Assembly (NCBI GenBank): GCA_049431025.1
Contig: JBMTCP010000008.1
Coordinates: forward strand, 7,105-71,104
From: Bacteroidia bacterium
GTDB lineage: Bacteria; Bacteroidota; Bacteroidia; UBA7662
Reading direction: 5' to 3'
DNA length: 64,000 nucleotides
The translations under genes and the position numbers were made by a program. The notes beneath the pieces are model-generated. The model ran no database searches, was not told the origin of the DNA, and saw only the letters and a list, made by a program, of their open reading frames with translations. This document shows, one piece after another, positions 8,562 through 18,005 of the stretch (the stretch's first letter is position 1; each line of letters opens with the position of its first letter).

Positions 8562-9481
8562 CCTTTACGAAAAACATAGAGCTTGCTGCTCGCTCCTCGG
8601 TCTTTCTTGACCGTTCTCCACCAAAAACCCAGCCCCATCAACAAACCGCGCACCGGACTATCCTTGCCCCGCTTGTATTTTTCGCTAAGCATCGAAATAT
8701 AAAAGGGGTCGAGGGGGAGGTTAATCTCTTCAACACAGGCAAATCCCGCCTGTTCTATGCGAAACCTCAGCACGGTGCTCTTAAAATGATACAAATGGCG
8801 AGGCACATCCCAGGCGGCCCAAAATTCTCGGTAATGGCTGGCATCCAAGGACTCGCTGTTGGGAACCGCAATAAACAAATACCCCCCTTTGCGAACCAAG
8901 CGCGTAAATTGGTCGATTCGTTCGCCCAGATCCCGAACATGTTCCAGCACGTGCCAGAGGGTAACGGCATCGTAGGCCTCTTTGGGTTCCTTCAACCAGT
9001 CCTCCGAATGCACCGCTAAGCCGTGCTTGGACTCGGCCCGGGCCCGGGCCATTGAATCCGGTTCCACGGCATCCACGGTCCAGCCCGCTGTTTTCATATA
9101 ACCTGCAAAATCCCCGGTACCACAACCAATATCCAGTAAGCGTCCCTTTTTGGGGACCACCCGCTCAACCCAAGACCGCTTTAGACCCAAGGTCCACTGA
9201 CGAGCCCACCGATAAAGGCGATAGATCCAGCCGCTGGCTTCATCGTCGGTATGCGATATGTAATCCGCAAAGCGATAGTACCGTTCCATGTCTTCGGGTA
9301 GAGGACGGGGATTGGTAAATCGCAAACCACAGTCTTTGCATTGGGTAATGTTAAAAATTTCTCCGCTTGCACTAAAATCCTTGACCTTCAAAAAGGAATA
9401 AAGTTTTTCGCTTTGACAAAGCGGACAAGACCAAATCTGTTCCAAGGCTGATAAAAGATTGCGGGGGTAAAAATCGCCCAA
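8558..9481 (-). CDS. class I SAM-dependent methyltransferase with N-terminal Cys4 zinc ribbon
   Basis: SAM motif LLDIGCGTGDFAGYM, plus LWHVLEHV and a CPLCQS...CKDCGL zinc ribbon. Confidence 0.7.
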   Translation of the reverse strand: MGDFYPRNLLSALEQIWSCPLCQSEKLYSFLKVKDFSASGEIFNITQCKDCGLRFTNPRPLPEDMERYYRFADYISHTDDEASGWIYRLYRWARQWTLGLKRSWVERVVPKKGRLLDIGCGTGDFAGYMKTAGWTVDAVEPDSMARARAESKHGLAVHSEDWLKEPKEAYDAVTLWHVLEHVRDLGERIDQFTRLVRKGGYLFIAVPNSESLDASHYREFWAAWDVPRHLYHFKSTVLRFRIEQAGFACVEEINLPLDPFYISMLSEKYKRGKDSPVRGLLMGLGFWWRTVKKDRGASSKLYVFRKG

Positions 9482-9493
9482 AAAACGCTAAAA

Positions 9494-11392
9494 TCAGCCT
9501 TTTTTATTCAAATAAACCATTAAAACACTCATATCGGCCGGATTAATACCGCTTATCCGATAGGCCTGACCCAGATTGACAGGGGCCGCCTTTTGTAATT
9601 TTTCTACCGCCTCCGATGAAAGCCCTTTCACTTCGTGATAGGGGAAATCGGGACGCATACGAATTTGTTCTAAATCATCCATACTCCGTGCCCACGCCTC
9701 TTCTCTGGCAAGATAAGATGCGTATTTTACCTGAATTTCAACGCTTTGCAAATTTTGTTCTTCAAATTCTTCCAAAAAAGAATTCAGCTCCGGGTCGGCA
9801 TCACGCAGCGAGGCGATACCTATACCTGGCCGTAACAATAATTGATCCAAGCGTGTTTTTTGACGAATTGCGGCCTCCCCCTTCGAAACAAAATGATCGT
9901 TAAATAGTTCATTATTAATTGAATACGAATGTATTCTTTTTTCGATTGCAGAAATTTGTTCTTGTCTTTTTTCAAAATCTCTAAACACCGACTCCGGCAA
10001 AAGTCCGGCGCGATAACCCAATTCACTTAGACGCAGGTCGGCGTTGTCTTGTCGTAACATAATACGATACTCGGCCCTCGACGTGAACATTCGATAGGGT
10101 TCCTCGGTGCCTTTGTTCACCAAGTCATCAATCAACACCCCGATATAAGCCTCGGATCGACTCAAAACCAAAGGCTCCAAGCCCCGCAAAGATCGGTGGG
10201 CATTTATGCCCGCCATAAGCCCTTGACCAGCCGCTTCCTCGTAACCCGTGGTCCCGTTGAGTTGACCTGCCAAATACAAACCCTGCAAAGCCTTGGATTC
10301 CAATGATAAATGCAATTGTGTGGGGAAAAAATAATCGTATTCAATCGCGTAACCGGGGCGGAAAATTCTCGCCTTTTCAAAGCCTTTGACCTGCCGAAGG
10401 GCCTTGGTTTGTACTTCTTCGGGCAATGAAGTCGAAAATCCGTTGACATAAACCTCGACTGTGTCCCAACCCTCCGGCTCAATAAACAACTGATGCCGGT
10501 CTCTTTCGGCAAATCGATTGATTTTGTCTTCGATGCTTGGGCAATAACGAGGCCCAATGCCCTGAATTCGCCCGGTAAACATGGGTGATTGTTCAAATCC
10601 TTCCTGCAGAATTTCGTGAACGCGGGTATCGGTATAGGTAATCCAACAGCTTTTTTGGTGTTCCAGGGCCTTGCTTTCCTTGCGGTACGAAAACTTGCCC
10701 GGCCTATCGTCACCTTTTTGCTCTTCCATCAAGTCGTAATTCAACGTCCTCCCATCTACTCTTGGGGGGGTCCCGGTTTTCATGCGTCCACCTTCCAGGC
10801 CCTCGGCCTTGAGCTGCTCTGTAATCCCGTACGATGCCGACTCACCCGCCCTTCCGCCGCCCAATTGTTTCTCGCCCACATGAATTAAACCATTCAAAAA
10901 GGTGCCTGTGGTCAAAACAACACGGGGTGCCCGGATTACCTGGCCCAAGCCCGTAATCACCCCTTGGACTTTACCTTGTTTCAACAACAACTGCTTTACG
11001 GAATCCTGTCGAAAGCTTAGGTTGGGGATTTGTTCCAAGCGGTATCGCCAATTGGCCGCAAACATAAAACGGTCGTTTTGGGTCCTCGGGCTCCACATAG
11101 CAGGTCCCTTGGAGCGATTAAGCATCCGAAACTGCAAAGCCGAATAATCCGAAACCAAGGCCGATAATCCCCCCAAAGCATCGATTTCACGAACAATTTG
11201 TCCTTTGGCCACACCACCCATAGCGGGATTGCAAGACATCTGTGCAATCGTTTGCATGTTCATGGTCACCAAAAGCGTTGACGAGCCCATATTGGCCGCT
11301 GCGGCAGCGGCTTCACAGCCGGCATGACCGGCACCAACAACGATGATATCAAAATCCCAATGTTCCACGTAGAACGCCTTTTGGCGCTGCAA
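9494..11392 (-). CDS. mnmG: tRNA uridine 5-carboxymethylaminomethyl modification enzyme MnmG (GidA)
   Basis: FAD-binding DIIVVGAGHAGCEAA, 632 aa, full-length GidA-like sequence. Confidence 0.92.
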   Translation of the reverse strand: MQRQKAFYVEHWDFDIIVVGAGHAGCEAAAAAANMGSSTLLVTMNMQTIAQMSCNPAMGGVAKGQIVREIDALGGLSALVSDYSALQFRMLNRSKGPAMWSPRTQNDRFMFAANWRYRLEQIPNLSFRQDSVKQLLLKQGKVQGVITGLGQVIRAPRVVLTTGTFLNGLIHVGEKQLGGGRAGESASYGITEQLKAEGLEGGRMKTGTPPRVDGRTLNYDLMEEQKGDDRPGKFSYRKESKALEHQKSCWITYTDTRVHEILQEGFEQSPMFTGRIQGIGPRYCPSIEDKINRFAERDRHQLFIEPEGWDTVEVYVNGFSTSLPEEVQTKALRQVKGFEKARIFRPGYAIEYDYFFPTQLHLSLESKALQGLYLAGQLNGTTGYEEAAGQGLMAGINAHRSLRGLEPLVLSRSEAYIGVLIDDLVNKGTEEPYRMFTSRAEYRIMLRQDNADLRLSELGYRAGLLPESVFRDFEKRQEQISAIEKRIHSYSINNELFNDHFVSKGEAAIRQKTRLDQLLLRPGIGIASLRDADPELNSFLEEFEEQNLQSVEIQVKYASYLAREEAWARSMDDLEQIRMRPDFPYHEVKGLSSEAVEKLQKAAPVNLGQAYRISGINPADMSVLMVYLNKKG

Positions 11393-11460
11393 AAATAGAC
11401 TTTTCCTTGCCGCTCTTATCCTTTTGGGGATAGATGAGTTCCTTGTTCCACGTGGAACAA

Positions 11461-11895
11461 TCAGGCTTTTATTCTGGACCTTATGGCCAAAGCCTCCTCC
11501 TCGTGTCTCCGCATAGTCCTTTTGTCCAGATCGGTTTGGTCGTCGTATCCCAACAAATGCAAAAGGCCGTGAACCAAAACACGGTGCATCTCGTCTTCAA
11601 ACGACGCGCCCCAAACCTTGGCCTGCTCCCGAATCATGCTTGGACTGATACAGCATTCACCGTGAATGATGCCGTCCTTGGGATTCTCGCTGTAATCAAA
11701 AGTCAAAATATCGGTGTCGCCCTCGTGATTCAAAAACTCCTGGTTCAAGTTCTCCATCCAGGCCGATGAACCAAAAGCATAGGAAAGGTGTTCAATTCTT
11801 GCCTCGTGCTGGGCAGCCACCTCCACCAACCAAGATCGCAGCCAGCGTCGCTTTGGGGGCAAAGGCATGCCATCAGCCGAAACAAAAGTGATCAT
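11461..11895 (-). CDS. ybeY: rRNA maturation endoribonuclease YbeY
   Basis: HGLLHLLGYDDQTD zinc-binding motif; 144 aa. Confidence 0.88.
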   Translation of the reverse strand: MITFVSADGMPLPPKRRWLRSWLVEVAAQHEARIEHLSYAFGSSAWMENLNQEFLNHEGDTDILTFDYSENPKDGIIHGECCISPSMIREQAKVWGASFEDEMHRVLVHGLLHLLGYDDQTDLDKRTMRRHEEEALAIRSRIKA

Positions 11896-14800
11896 CGGGA
11901 GGGTGGCGATTGGCGTAGTTTGCTTTGATACCTCAAATTGCGTTCGCGGTAATAAGCATTTAAATCAGGAGCGGCGGGCTTGTAAGCGCCCTGTTTATTG
12001 ATGTTAAGTCGCTGAATGGGGTCCAAGGACGACCCGGTTCTGTCCTGGTTTTGTTGTTTGGCGCTTTCGGAAGAACGACTTTGTTCCATTTCTCGCTCCT
12101 GTTCTGCCTTCTCAGCCTCCAACATTCGGCTCAAAATTTGTTGCTGCCTTTGCAGGCTTTCCATGCTAATCTTTTTGTTGACCAGCTCCTTTTCGGTTTG
12201 TTCCATTTGTTTGACGGCTTCCTCGATGGCTTGGCGGCCGGGCTGGTTCCCCCCTTCTTTGTTAAGCTCCTTGAGGATTTTTTCCATTTCGCGCCTTATG
12301 GCTTCTTGCTGGGCGACCATTTGCGCAAACTCTTTACCTCCTTCGCCCCTGGAAGGCTTGTTCCCGGCCTTGGATTCGCCCTGGCCTTGACCCTTGCTTT
12401 TGCCCTGCTGTTCCTGCATTTGATTGCTCAGTTTCTTTTGCATGCTGCGCAAGCGAGACATTCCGGAGCCCCCGGGTTTGGGTTTTTTGCATTGCTGATT
12501 CCCGGGCATTTGGCTGGCCTTCTGTTCGGTCGCTTGCTGCAACAATTCCGACAAAAGGTTGGCAAGGTTGTTGGCCGCCGTCATGGTGTATTGCTGGCGG
12601 CCTTTGGCCCCGTTGACATCCCTTTGGTTCATCCGCTCCAGGGTGGCCTTGTAGTGTTCTTCGAGTTCCTTGATTTCTTTTTGGACAGGGGCCTGTATTT
12701 GCCAGACGCGACGCGATAAAGCTTCCAGGCTGTCTTTCATGGGATCCAATTGCTCACGCAAACCAAATTGCTCACGAGATAATTGCACAAAAACCTGGGA
12801 ATAGTTGGTTTGGTCTTTGAGGCGGTCCATGATGGCCTCCTGATCAAAGGAAAACTTGAGAACACGACCCAAGAGACGGCGCATGGCCCGGAGATCTTCC
12901 TCCAGTTCTTCCATTTCCTGCTGAGCCAATTGCTTTTGCATTTGGTTACTCATTTGGCGCATTCCGGCTGCCGCTTTTTGCTGTTTTTGTGCGGATTTGC
13001 TTCGGTTTTGTTGGTTTTTGGCTTGATTTTCGGCCTCTTCCTGATCCTTGGTCACTTCTTCGCCTTGGTCTTCCAGACCATCCAGGTCTTTGGGGCGCTC
13101 AAGCTCTTGGTTCTTTTCCTTGGTTTTCTCCCAGTCCTTGAGAAGGTCTTTGGTTTCTTGACGCAACTTTTCTTGTTCTTCGGCTACTTTATTCAGGTCC
13201 TGTTCGGGGTTTTTGGTTTTCTGCGCCAAATCTTCTTGCTGCCGGGCCAGTTCCTCCAATTTCTTCATGGCTTTTTCTATACGATCCTCAACCTCTAACT
13301 CCTTGAAGAACTGCAACATACGGTCCAATTCTTTGCTAACTCTGCTCTGGTCTTTCTCGAGTTTTTCGAGTTGTTTCTGGATTTCGGGTTTGGCCGCTTC
13401 GTCTCGTAACATTTTTTCTATGCTACGCAGCATTTCCTTCATTTCTTCGTTGAGTAATCTCTCCGCCATTTCTTTGATTTTCTCCTGTTTTTCAAGGATT
13501 TGAACGGGGGTTTCAGCGGATGATTTTTGTTGTTGTAACTCTAGTTTTTTTTGAATTTCTTCGACCTCTTCGATGGCCTGACGTTGTTCGTTCCTTAATT
13601 TTTCCAGGTCTTTGCGGTCTTCAAAGCCCCACTCCTTTTGCTGTTTAAGACGATCAGATAATTTACGGGTCTGCTGTTGAGCCTCTTGCATGTCCTTGTC
13701 TGCTTTTTGAAAACCCGTAGACGTTTCACGCGATAAGGCTTCAAGGGCCTGGGCTTTTTCACGCTCAGAGGATAAGCGCCATTCAAACAGGGCGGAGCGA
13801 CTTCGTTTATAGCCAGCCGGCTGATCGTTATCCTCCACTTCCAATCCGTACCGAAGGCCGTCCCCGGGGTTTAAACCCATTTTGAGGGGGTCAACAACTT
13901 CCTCAAAACGCCTTTCGGCAATCCCCCCCTCCCAAGCAAAGGGCAAAAATTGCTCTTTGGAATCAAAGTCCTTTTGACCAGCGCGCTTGATCCAATAAAC
14001 CCAATGCAAACTTCGGAGGCCGTAATCATCCCATGCCCTACCCGAGACCAAAGGGGGCTCCAGAGGATCCGCAGACTCCTTAACCTCAACCTCAAGACCC
14101 GGAGGCATGTCTTCAACCAAATCAACACCAAAAGCCAACGTATCCGCTTCTTGGCCCTGGTTGCTGTACAAAAGCAGTTTGTACGCGCTGCTAAGGGCTG
14201 GAATCCAACGCAGCGAATAGCGCTGCCCCGTTGAAGCATCGTTTTCGCGTACTCCAAAACGAGGAGCGGTCGCTTCCGGGGTCAAGAGGCCCAAGCCGTT
14301 GCTGTGCTTGCTATCCACAACAAAACGCAAAGACGTACCCCTTGGAACCTGAACATCTCCGCTATTCAATAGACGTTCAGCCGCTTTACCGGTATGAGGA
14401 GGGTATTCTATCCACAAAGCCAATTGCAACAGCGTGGGTTTATGAAAAACCGTCAATTGTTCTTCGGACGAAGAAAACCCGGAAGCGCTAAACCAAAACG
14501 ATCCGGAACGCCGAACATTGGGAACTTTAAAAGCAAAACGACCCGGAGAAATTCGGCGCATTTTGTAGGCCTGCTGGCCCCAATGAACCAATGCTTCCTG
14601 AGGAATTTCTCTTCCGGAAATTTCAAGCTGAACATCCCATTCTGAACCCGCCTCAACGCGCAATGGCGTTTGATCCCAATCAAACTCAAAGGGGGCGGGA
14701 AGCGTGTAACCTACATTGTAACGAAGTATTCGACCGGTTCCAACCGACATCACATCAGGAACCCAAAACCACAAAAACAACCATAAAGCCGCTAAAGGAA

Positions 14801-15278
14801 CCACAACCCAGGCATAGGGTTTCAATTTGGACCAAGGAACAATCGCCGAAAAAGCCAAGGACCTTACCCATCCATGCCGCTGCTCCAAACTGGCCTCTAT
14901 CAAATCGCGGGAAACCCCCTGATCCGCTTCGGTCTGTAAATCCACCATATTCAAAAGCTTGTCTTGAATTTGAGGATAATAAACCCCGATTCGTAGAGCC
15001 GCTTCGCGACGAGACATGCGCGGCAAACGGCCCTTCCACCGTAACCAAGGTAGAAGAACCCCAAAAGCCAAGACCAACAAATTCACCAATACATACCCCA
15101 ACAACAACCACAAGCGCAAGGCGCTACCCATCCAGGTATAAAAAGCACCGGCAGCCAAGAGCATCCACGGCAAAACCAAAACAGCAACCCAAACCAAAAA
15201 CCCCCGCACCATACGCCAACCGTAGTAGTGCCGAATGGTAGCATCCAGCCGTTGGTTGATGTCATTCAAAGCCTTCAT
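11892..15278 (-). CDS. large membrane-anchored protein with extended K/E/Q-rich coiled coil (possibly DUF4175-like), function unknown
   Basis: 1128 aa. N-terminal TM helices, a roughly 450-aa non-repetitive region, then about 500 aa of a charged heptad-like segment (EEVEEIQKKLELQQQK...), and a basic Gly/Lys-rich C-terminus. Stop and start codons overlap those of xth and ybeY by 4 bp. Confidence 0.5.
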   Translation of the reverse strand: MKALNDINQRLDATIRHYYGWRMVRGFLVWVAVLVLPWMLLAAGAFYTWMGSALRLWLLLGYVLVNLLVLAFGVLLPWLRWKGRLPRMSRREAALRIGVYYPQIQDKLLNMVDLQTEADQGVSRDLIEASLEQRHGWVRSLAFSAIVPWSKLKPYAWVVVPLAALWLFLWFWVPDVMSVGTGRILRYNVGYTLPAPFEFDWDQTPLRVEAGSEWDVQLEISGREIPQEALVHWGQQAYKMRRISPGRFAFKVPNVRRSGSFWFSASGFSSSEEQLTVFHKPTLLQLALWIEYPPHTGKAAERLLNSGDVQVPRGTSLRFVVDSKHSNGLGLLTPEATAPRFGVRENDASTGQRYSLRWIPALSSAYKLLLYSNQGQEADTLAFGVDLVEDMPPGLEVEVKESADPLEPPLVSGRAWDDYGLRSLHWVYWIKRAGQKDFDSKEQFLPFAWEGGIAERRFEEVVDPLKMGLNPGDGLRYGLEVEDNDQPAGYKRSRSALFEWRLSSEREKAQALEALSRETSTGFQKADKDMQEAQQQTRKLSDRLKQQKEWGFEDRKDLEKLRNEQRQAIEEVEEIQKKLELQQQKSSAETPVQILEKQEKIKEMAERLLNEEMKEMLRSIEKMLRDEAAKPEIQKQLEKLEKDQSRVSKELDRMLQFFKELEVEDRIEKAMKKLEELARQQEDLAQKTKNPEQDLNKVAEEQEKLRQETKDLLKDWEKTKEKNQELERPKDLDGLEDQGEEVTKDQEEAENQAKNQQNRSKSAQKQQKAAAGMRQMSNQMQKQLAQQEMEELEEDLRAMRRLLGRVLKFSFDQEAIMDRLKDQTNYSQVFVQLSREQFGLREQLDPMKDSLEALSRRVWQIQAPVQKEIKELEEHYKATLERMNQRDVNGAKGRQQYTMTAANNLANLLSELLQQATEQKASQMPGNQQCKKPKPGGSGMSRLRSMQKKLSNQMQEQQGKSKGQGQGESKAGNKPSRGEGGKEFAQMVAQQEAIRREMEKILKELNKEGGNQPGRQAIEEAVKQMEQTEKELVNKKISMESLQRQQQILSRMLEAEKAEQEREMEQSRSSESAKQQNQDRTGSSLDPIQRLNINKQGAYKPAAPDLNAYYRERNLRYQSKLRQSPPSR

Positions 15279-16054
15279 GGCTTGTTAGGGCCTTCAGACA
15301 AAACCAAAGAAACCGGACAATGGTCCGAATGAACAGCCTCCGGGTGCAAAGCGGCCCCCTCCAGGCGATTCCTTAACGATTGGCTGAAACAATGGTAATC
15401 AATCCGCCAGCCCTTGTTTTTGGCGCGGGCCCCTTGACGATACGACCACCACGAATAAGCAACTTCCGTTGGAAATAGCATTCGGTAGGCATCACAAAAC
15501 CCACGGTCCAAAAACGAATCAAACCACGCTCTTTCCTCGGGCAAAAAACCAGACGAGTGGGCATTGCCCACAGGATCATGGATATCAATGGCCTGATGAC
15601 AGATATTATAATCCCCCGCAATCACCAAACCCGGCAATTGGTTCGCTAATTCCTGAGCGTACGAACCAAAAAAATCCAAAAACCTCATTTTATAGGCTTG
15701 GCGCTCGTCACCCGAAGAACCCGAAGGCATATAAACCGTCATAAAAGAAATATCCTCGAAATCAAGACGTAAAACGCGGCCTTCAAGGTCAATCCAATCC
15801 TGTCCACAGCCTCGGACTACCGATATCGGTTGTCTACGGCTCAAAATAGCAACCCCGCTGTATCCTGGTTTTTGAGCAGATTCAGCATAAAATTGATAGC
15901 CCGCTTGGATGAAGGGAGACCAATCAAACTGATTCTCAAAAGCCTTAATCTCTTGCAGCCCTATAACATCAGCATTCTGCTCCAACAACCAGGTGCTTAA
16001 GCCCTTGGTTTCTGCAGCACGAATACCGTTGACGTTATAGGAAATAAATTTCAT
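15275..16054 (-). CDS. xth: exodeoxyribonuclease III (AP endonuclease)
   Basis: MKFISYNVNGIRA...LQEIK N-terminus and an ExoIII/APE1 fold-length protein of 259 aa. Confidence 0.88.
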   Translation of the reverse strand: MKFISYNVNGIRAAETKGLSTWLLEQNADVIGLQEIKAFENQFDWSPFIQAGYQFYAESAQKPGYSGVAILSRRQPISVVRGCGQDWIDLEGRVLRLDFEDISFMTVYMPSGSSGDERQAYKMRFLDFFGSYAQELANQLPGLVIAGDYNICHQAIDIHDPVGNAHSSGFLPEERAWFDSFLDRGFCDAYRMLFPTEVAYSWWSYRQGARAKNKGWRIDYHCFSQSLRNRLEGAALHPEAVHSDHCPVSLVLSEGPNKP

Positions 16055-16776
16055 TTGAGAATACCCGCCTTCAAAATGCGAACATCCGTCGATGGACGAT
16101 CAGCGCCGCCGGTCGCTGTTTTGGCTATCTTATCCAAAACATCCATTCCTTCGATTAATTGACCAAAAACCGTATACCCCCCGTCAAGATGAGGGGTCCC
16201 ACCCTGTTCACGGTACATCCTTTTTTGTTCCTCGCTGTAACGACGACCGGAACGAGCTTCCATGGCCGCTAAATCAGCATCTTTCCAGGTACGGCCTTGA
16301 ACAATGTAAAATTGGGAACCGCTGGATTCTTTGCGCGGATTCATGTTATCCCCTAAGCGAGCCGCAGCCAAAGCACCCTTGACATGGATCAAGGAATCCA
16401 CAAATTCCGCAGGAATCGTATAGCCAGGACCGCCATTACCTAGCATCTGACCGGGTTTGGCGTCTTTTGAATCCGGGTCACCCCCTTGAATCATAAAATC
16501 CTTGATCACCCGATGAAATAAAACCTGATCGTAATAACCCTCCTTGATGAGTTTCAAAAAATTATCTCTATGCAGGGGGGTTGCATTGCTAAGTTCAAGA
16601 ACCATGCGGCCCTCGGTGGTTTCTAAAAAAACTTTCACCTCTGCGGGTTTAGAAGATCCTTTGCTGGGAAACCCGCTCCCGTGGTCCAAAGACATCGATC
16701 GGTAAGGGAAAAATCCAAGAAAAAGTATGGCCCCTAAAGACCATAAAGCTTGGTTGGAAAGGGTGAGATTAATCAT
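16051..16776 (-). CDS. peptidyl-prolyl cis-trans isomerase, cyclophilin type, secreted
   Basis: FHRVIKDFMIQGGDP and SQFYIV cyclophilin motifs, with an N-terminal signal peptide. Confidence 0.85.
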   Translation of the reverse strand: MINLTLSNQALWSLGAILFLGFFPYRSMSLDHGSGFPSKGSSKPAEVKVFLETTEGRMVLELSNATPLHRDNFLKLIKEGYYDQVLFHRVIKDFMIQGGDPDSKDAKPGQMLGNGGPGYTIPAEFVDSLIHVKGALAAARLGDNMNPRKESSGSQFYIVQGRTWKDADLAAMEARSGRRYSEEQKRMYREQGGTPHLDGGYTVFGQLIEGMDVLDKIAKTATGGADRPSTDVRILKAGILK

Positions 16777-16778
16777 CG

Positions 16779-17204
16779 CTATGAAATATTTGGTTTTTCA
16801 AAAATAAGACGCACAGCTTCCTCAAAAACAGGATCGTTCTCTCGGAAAAATTGAACAGCACAGGCCCTCAACAGAGCCTCCTGTTCTGATAAACCCGTAA
16901 CAGCGGGCTTGCGCAGGACCTTGTAATGAGGCCAACCCCCGGAATCCCTACCTTGAAACTCAAAGTACTCAACAAAAGATAATAGTTCACAGGCGGCAAT
17001 GTGCATAAGATCCTGTTTTTCTTCTTTGGTAAACTCCCGTAATCCCTGGCCCAAAACATTAACCCCAATCAAAAAAAGTAAACCGTTCATATCCGGTTTT
17101 TTACCAACTTGTTGTTCTAGATGAGCTAGCAATGCTTGCCATTCTCGCGCCTGTTCACTCAATTCCAGACGACCCTGTAAGCGTTGATTCAAAATGTTCA
17201 TGAT
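16779..17204 (-). CDS. hypothetical protein
   Basis: ORF with coding-like composition in an operonic position and no recognised motif. The start was taken at the internal Met (MNILNQ). Confidence 0.4.
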   Translation of the reverse strand: MMNILNQRLQGRLELSEQAREWQALLAHLEQQVGKKPDMNGLLFLIGVNVLGQGLREFTKEEKQDLMHIAACELLSFVEYFEFQGRDSGGWPHYKVLRKPAVTGLSEQEALLRACAVQFFRENDPVFEEAVRLIFEKPNIS

Positions 17205-18001
17205 TCCATTAGTTGAAAAGAGTCCGCGTCGTTCAAAAATGGGTAGGCACGACGAAAAACATTCAAAACATGGATATCCAAGAAACAAGAACCTATACCG
17301 GATTCATGGTTCATTTGAAGTAAAATCCTGCCATCCGGGCCCAAAACCATCGATTCGCCGGAATAAACCGTACCCGTAGCGTCCGTTCCAACCCGGTTAA
17401 CACCTACCACGTAGGCTTGATTTTCGATGGCTCGTGCCATTAACAAAGACCTCCACGCATGAGCTCTCGCTTGAGGCCAATTGGCCACACAAAACAAAAG
17501 CTGATAATCCTTACGATAACGCAACCAAACCGGAAACCTTAGATCATAACATATACTTGGTAAAATACTCCATGGTTCGTCATGCCAAAGAACACGCGAT
17601 GATCCTGAATGGTAGGACCGGTTTTCGCCTGCCAAACCAAAAAGATGTTTTTTGTTATACGGTTGATAAATAAAAAGTTCCTTCTGGGGTTGAACGGCAA
17701 TCAAACGGTTGTACAAACGCTCATTTTGATAATAAGCCATTGACCCAGCTACGGTTAGATTATATTTTTTAGCGGTTTCTTGCATCCATTGCAGAATGAA
17801 AATTTGTTGTTCCTTTATCAAAGAAATATCATCACTTAAATTCCAATCGGTAACAAATCCTTGCGCGAACATTTCCGGTAAGAGCAACCACCCCCCCTTT
17901 TCCTTTACAATAGGGTTTTCCTTTAACAATAGATCAATCGCCTTAAGACTATGAATAGGGTCTTTCCAGACGGCATTGTTTTGAACAAGATGAACCCACA
18001 T
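17198..18001 (-). CDS. carbon-nitrogen hydrolase family protein (omega-amidase, YafV-like)
   Basis: Nitrilase-superfamily catalytic Cys context CYDLRFPVW and an EMF Glu motif (LLLPEMFAQGF); 267 aa. Confidence 0.75.
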   Translation of the reverse strand: MWVHLVQNNAVWKDPIHSLKAIDLLLKENPIVKEKGGWLLLPEMFAQGFVTDWNLSDDISLIKEQQIFILQWMQETAKKYNLTVAGSMAYYQNERLYNRLIAVQPQKELFIYQPYNKKHLFGLAGENRSYHSGSSRVLWHDEPWSILPSICYDLRFPVWLRYRKDYQLLFCVANWPQARAHAWRSLLMARAIENQAYVVGVNRVGTDATGTVYSGESMVLGPDGRILLQMNHESGIGSCFLDIHVLNVFRRAYPFLNDADSFQLMES

Positions 18002-18005
18002 GGCT

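Noticed and set aside
12016-13503. Several plus-strand ORFs (124-222 aa) inside the large coiled-coil gene
   Set aside because: They translate antisense K/E/Q repeats into Leu/Phe-rich low-complexity sequence, an artefact of biased codon composition.
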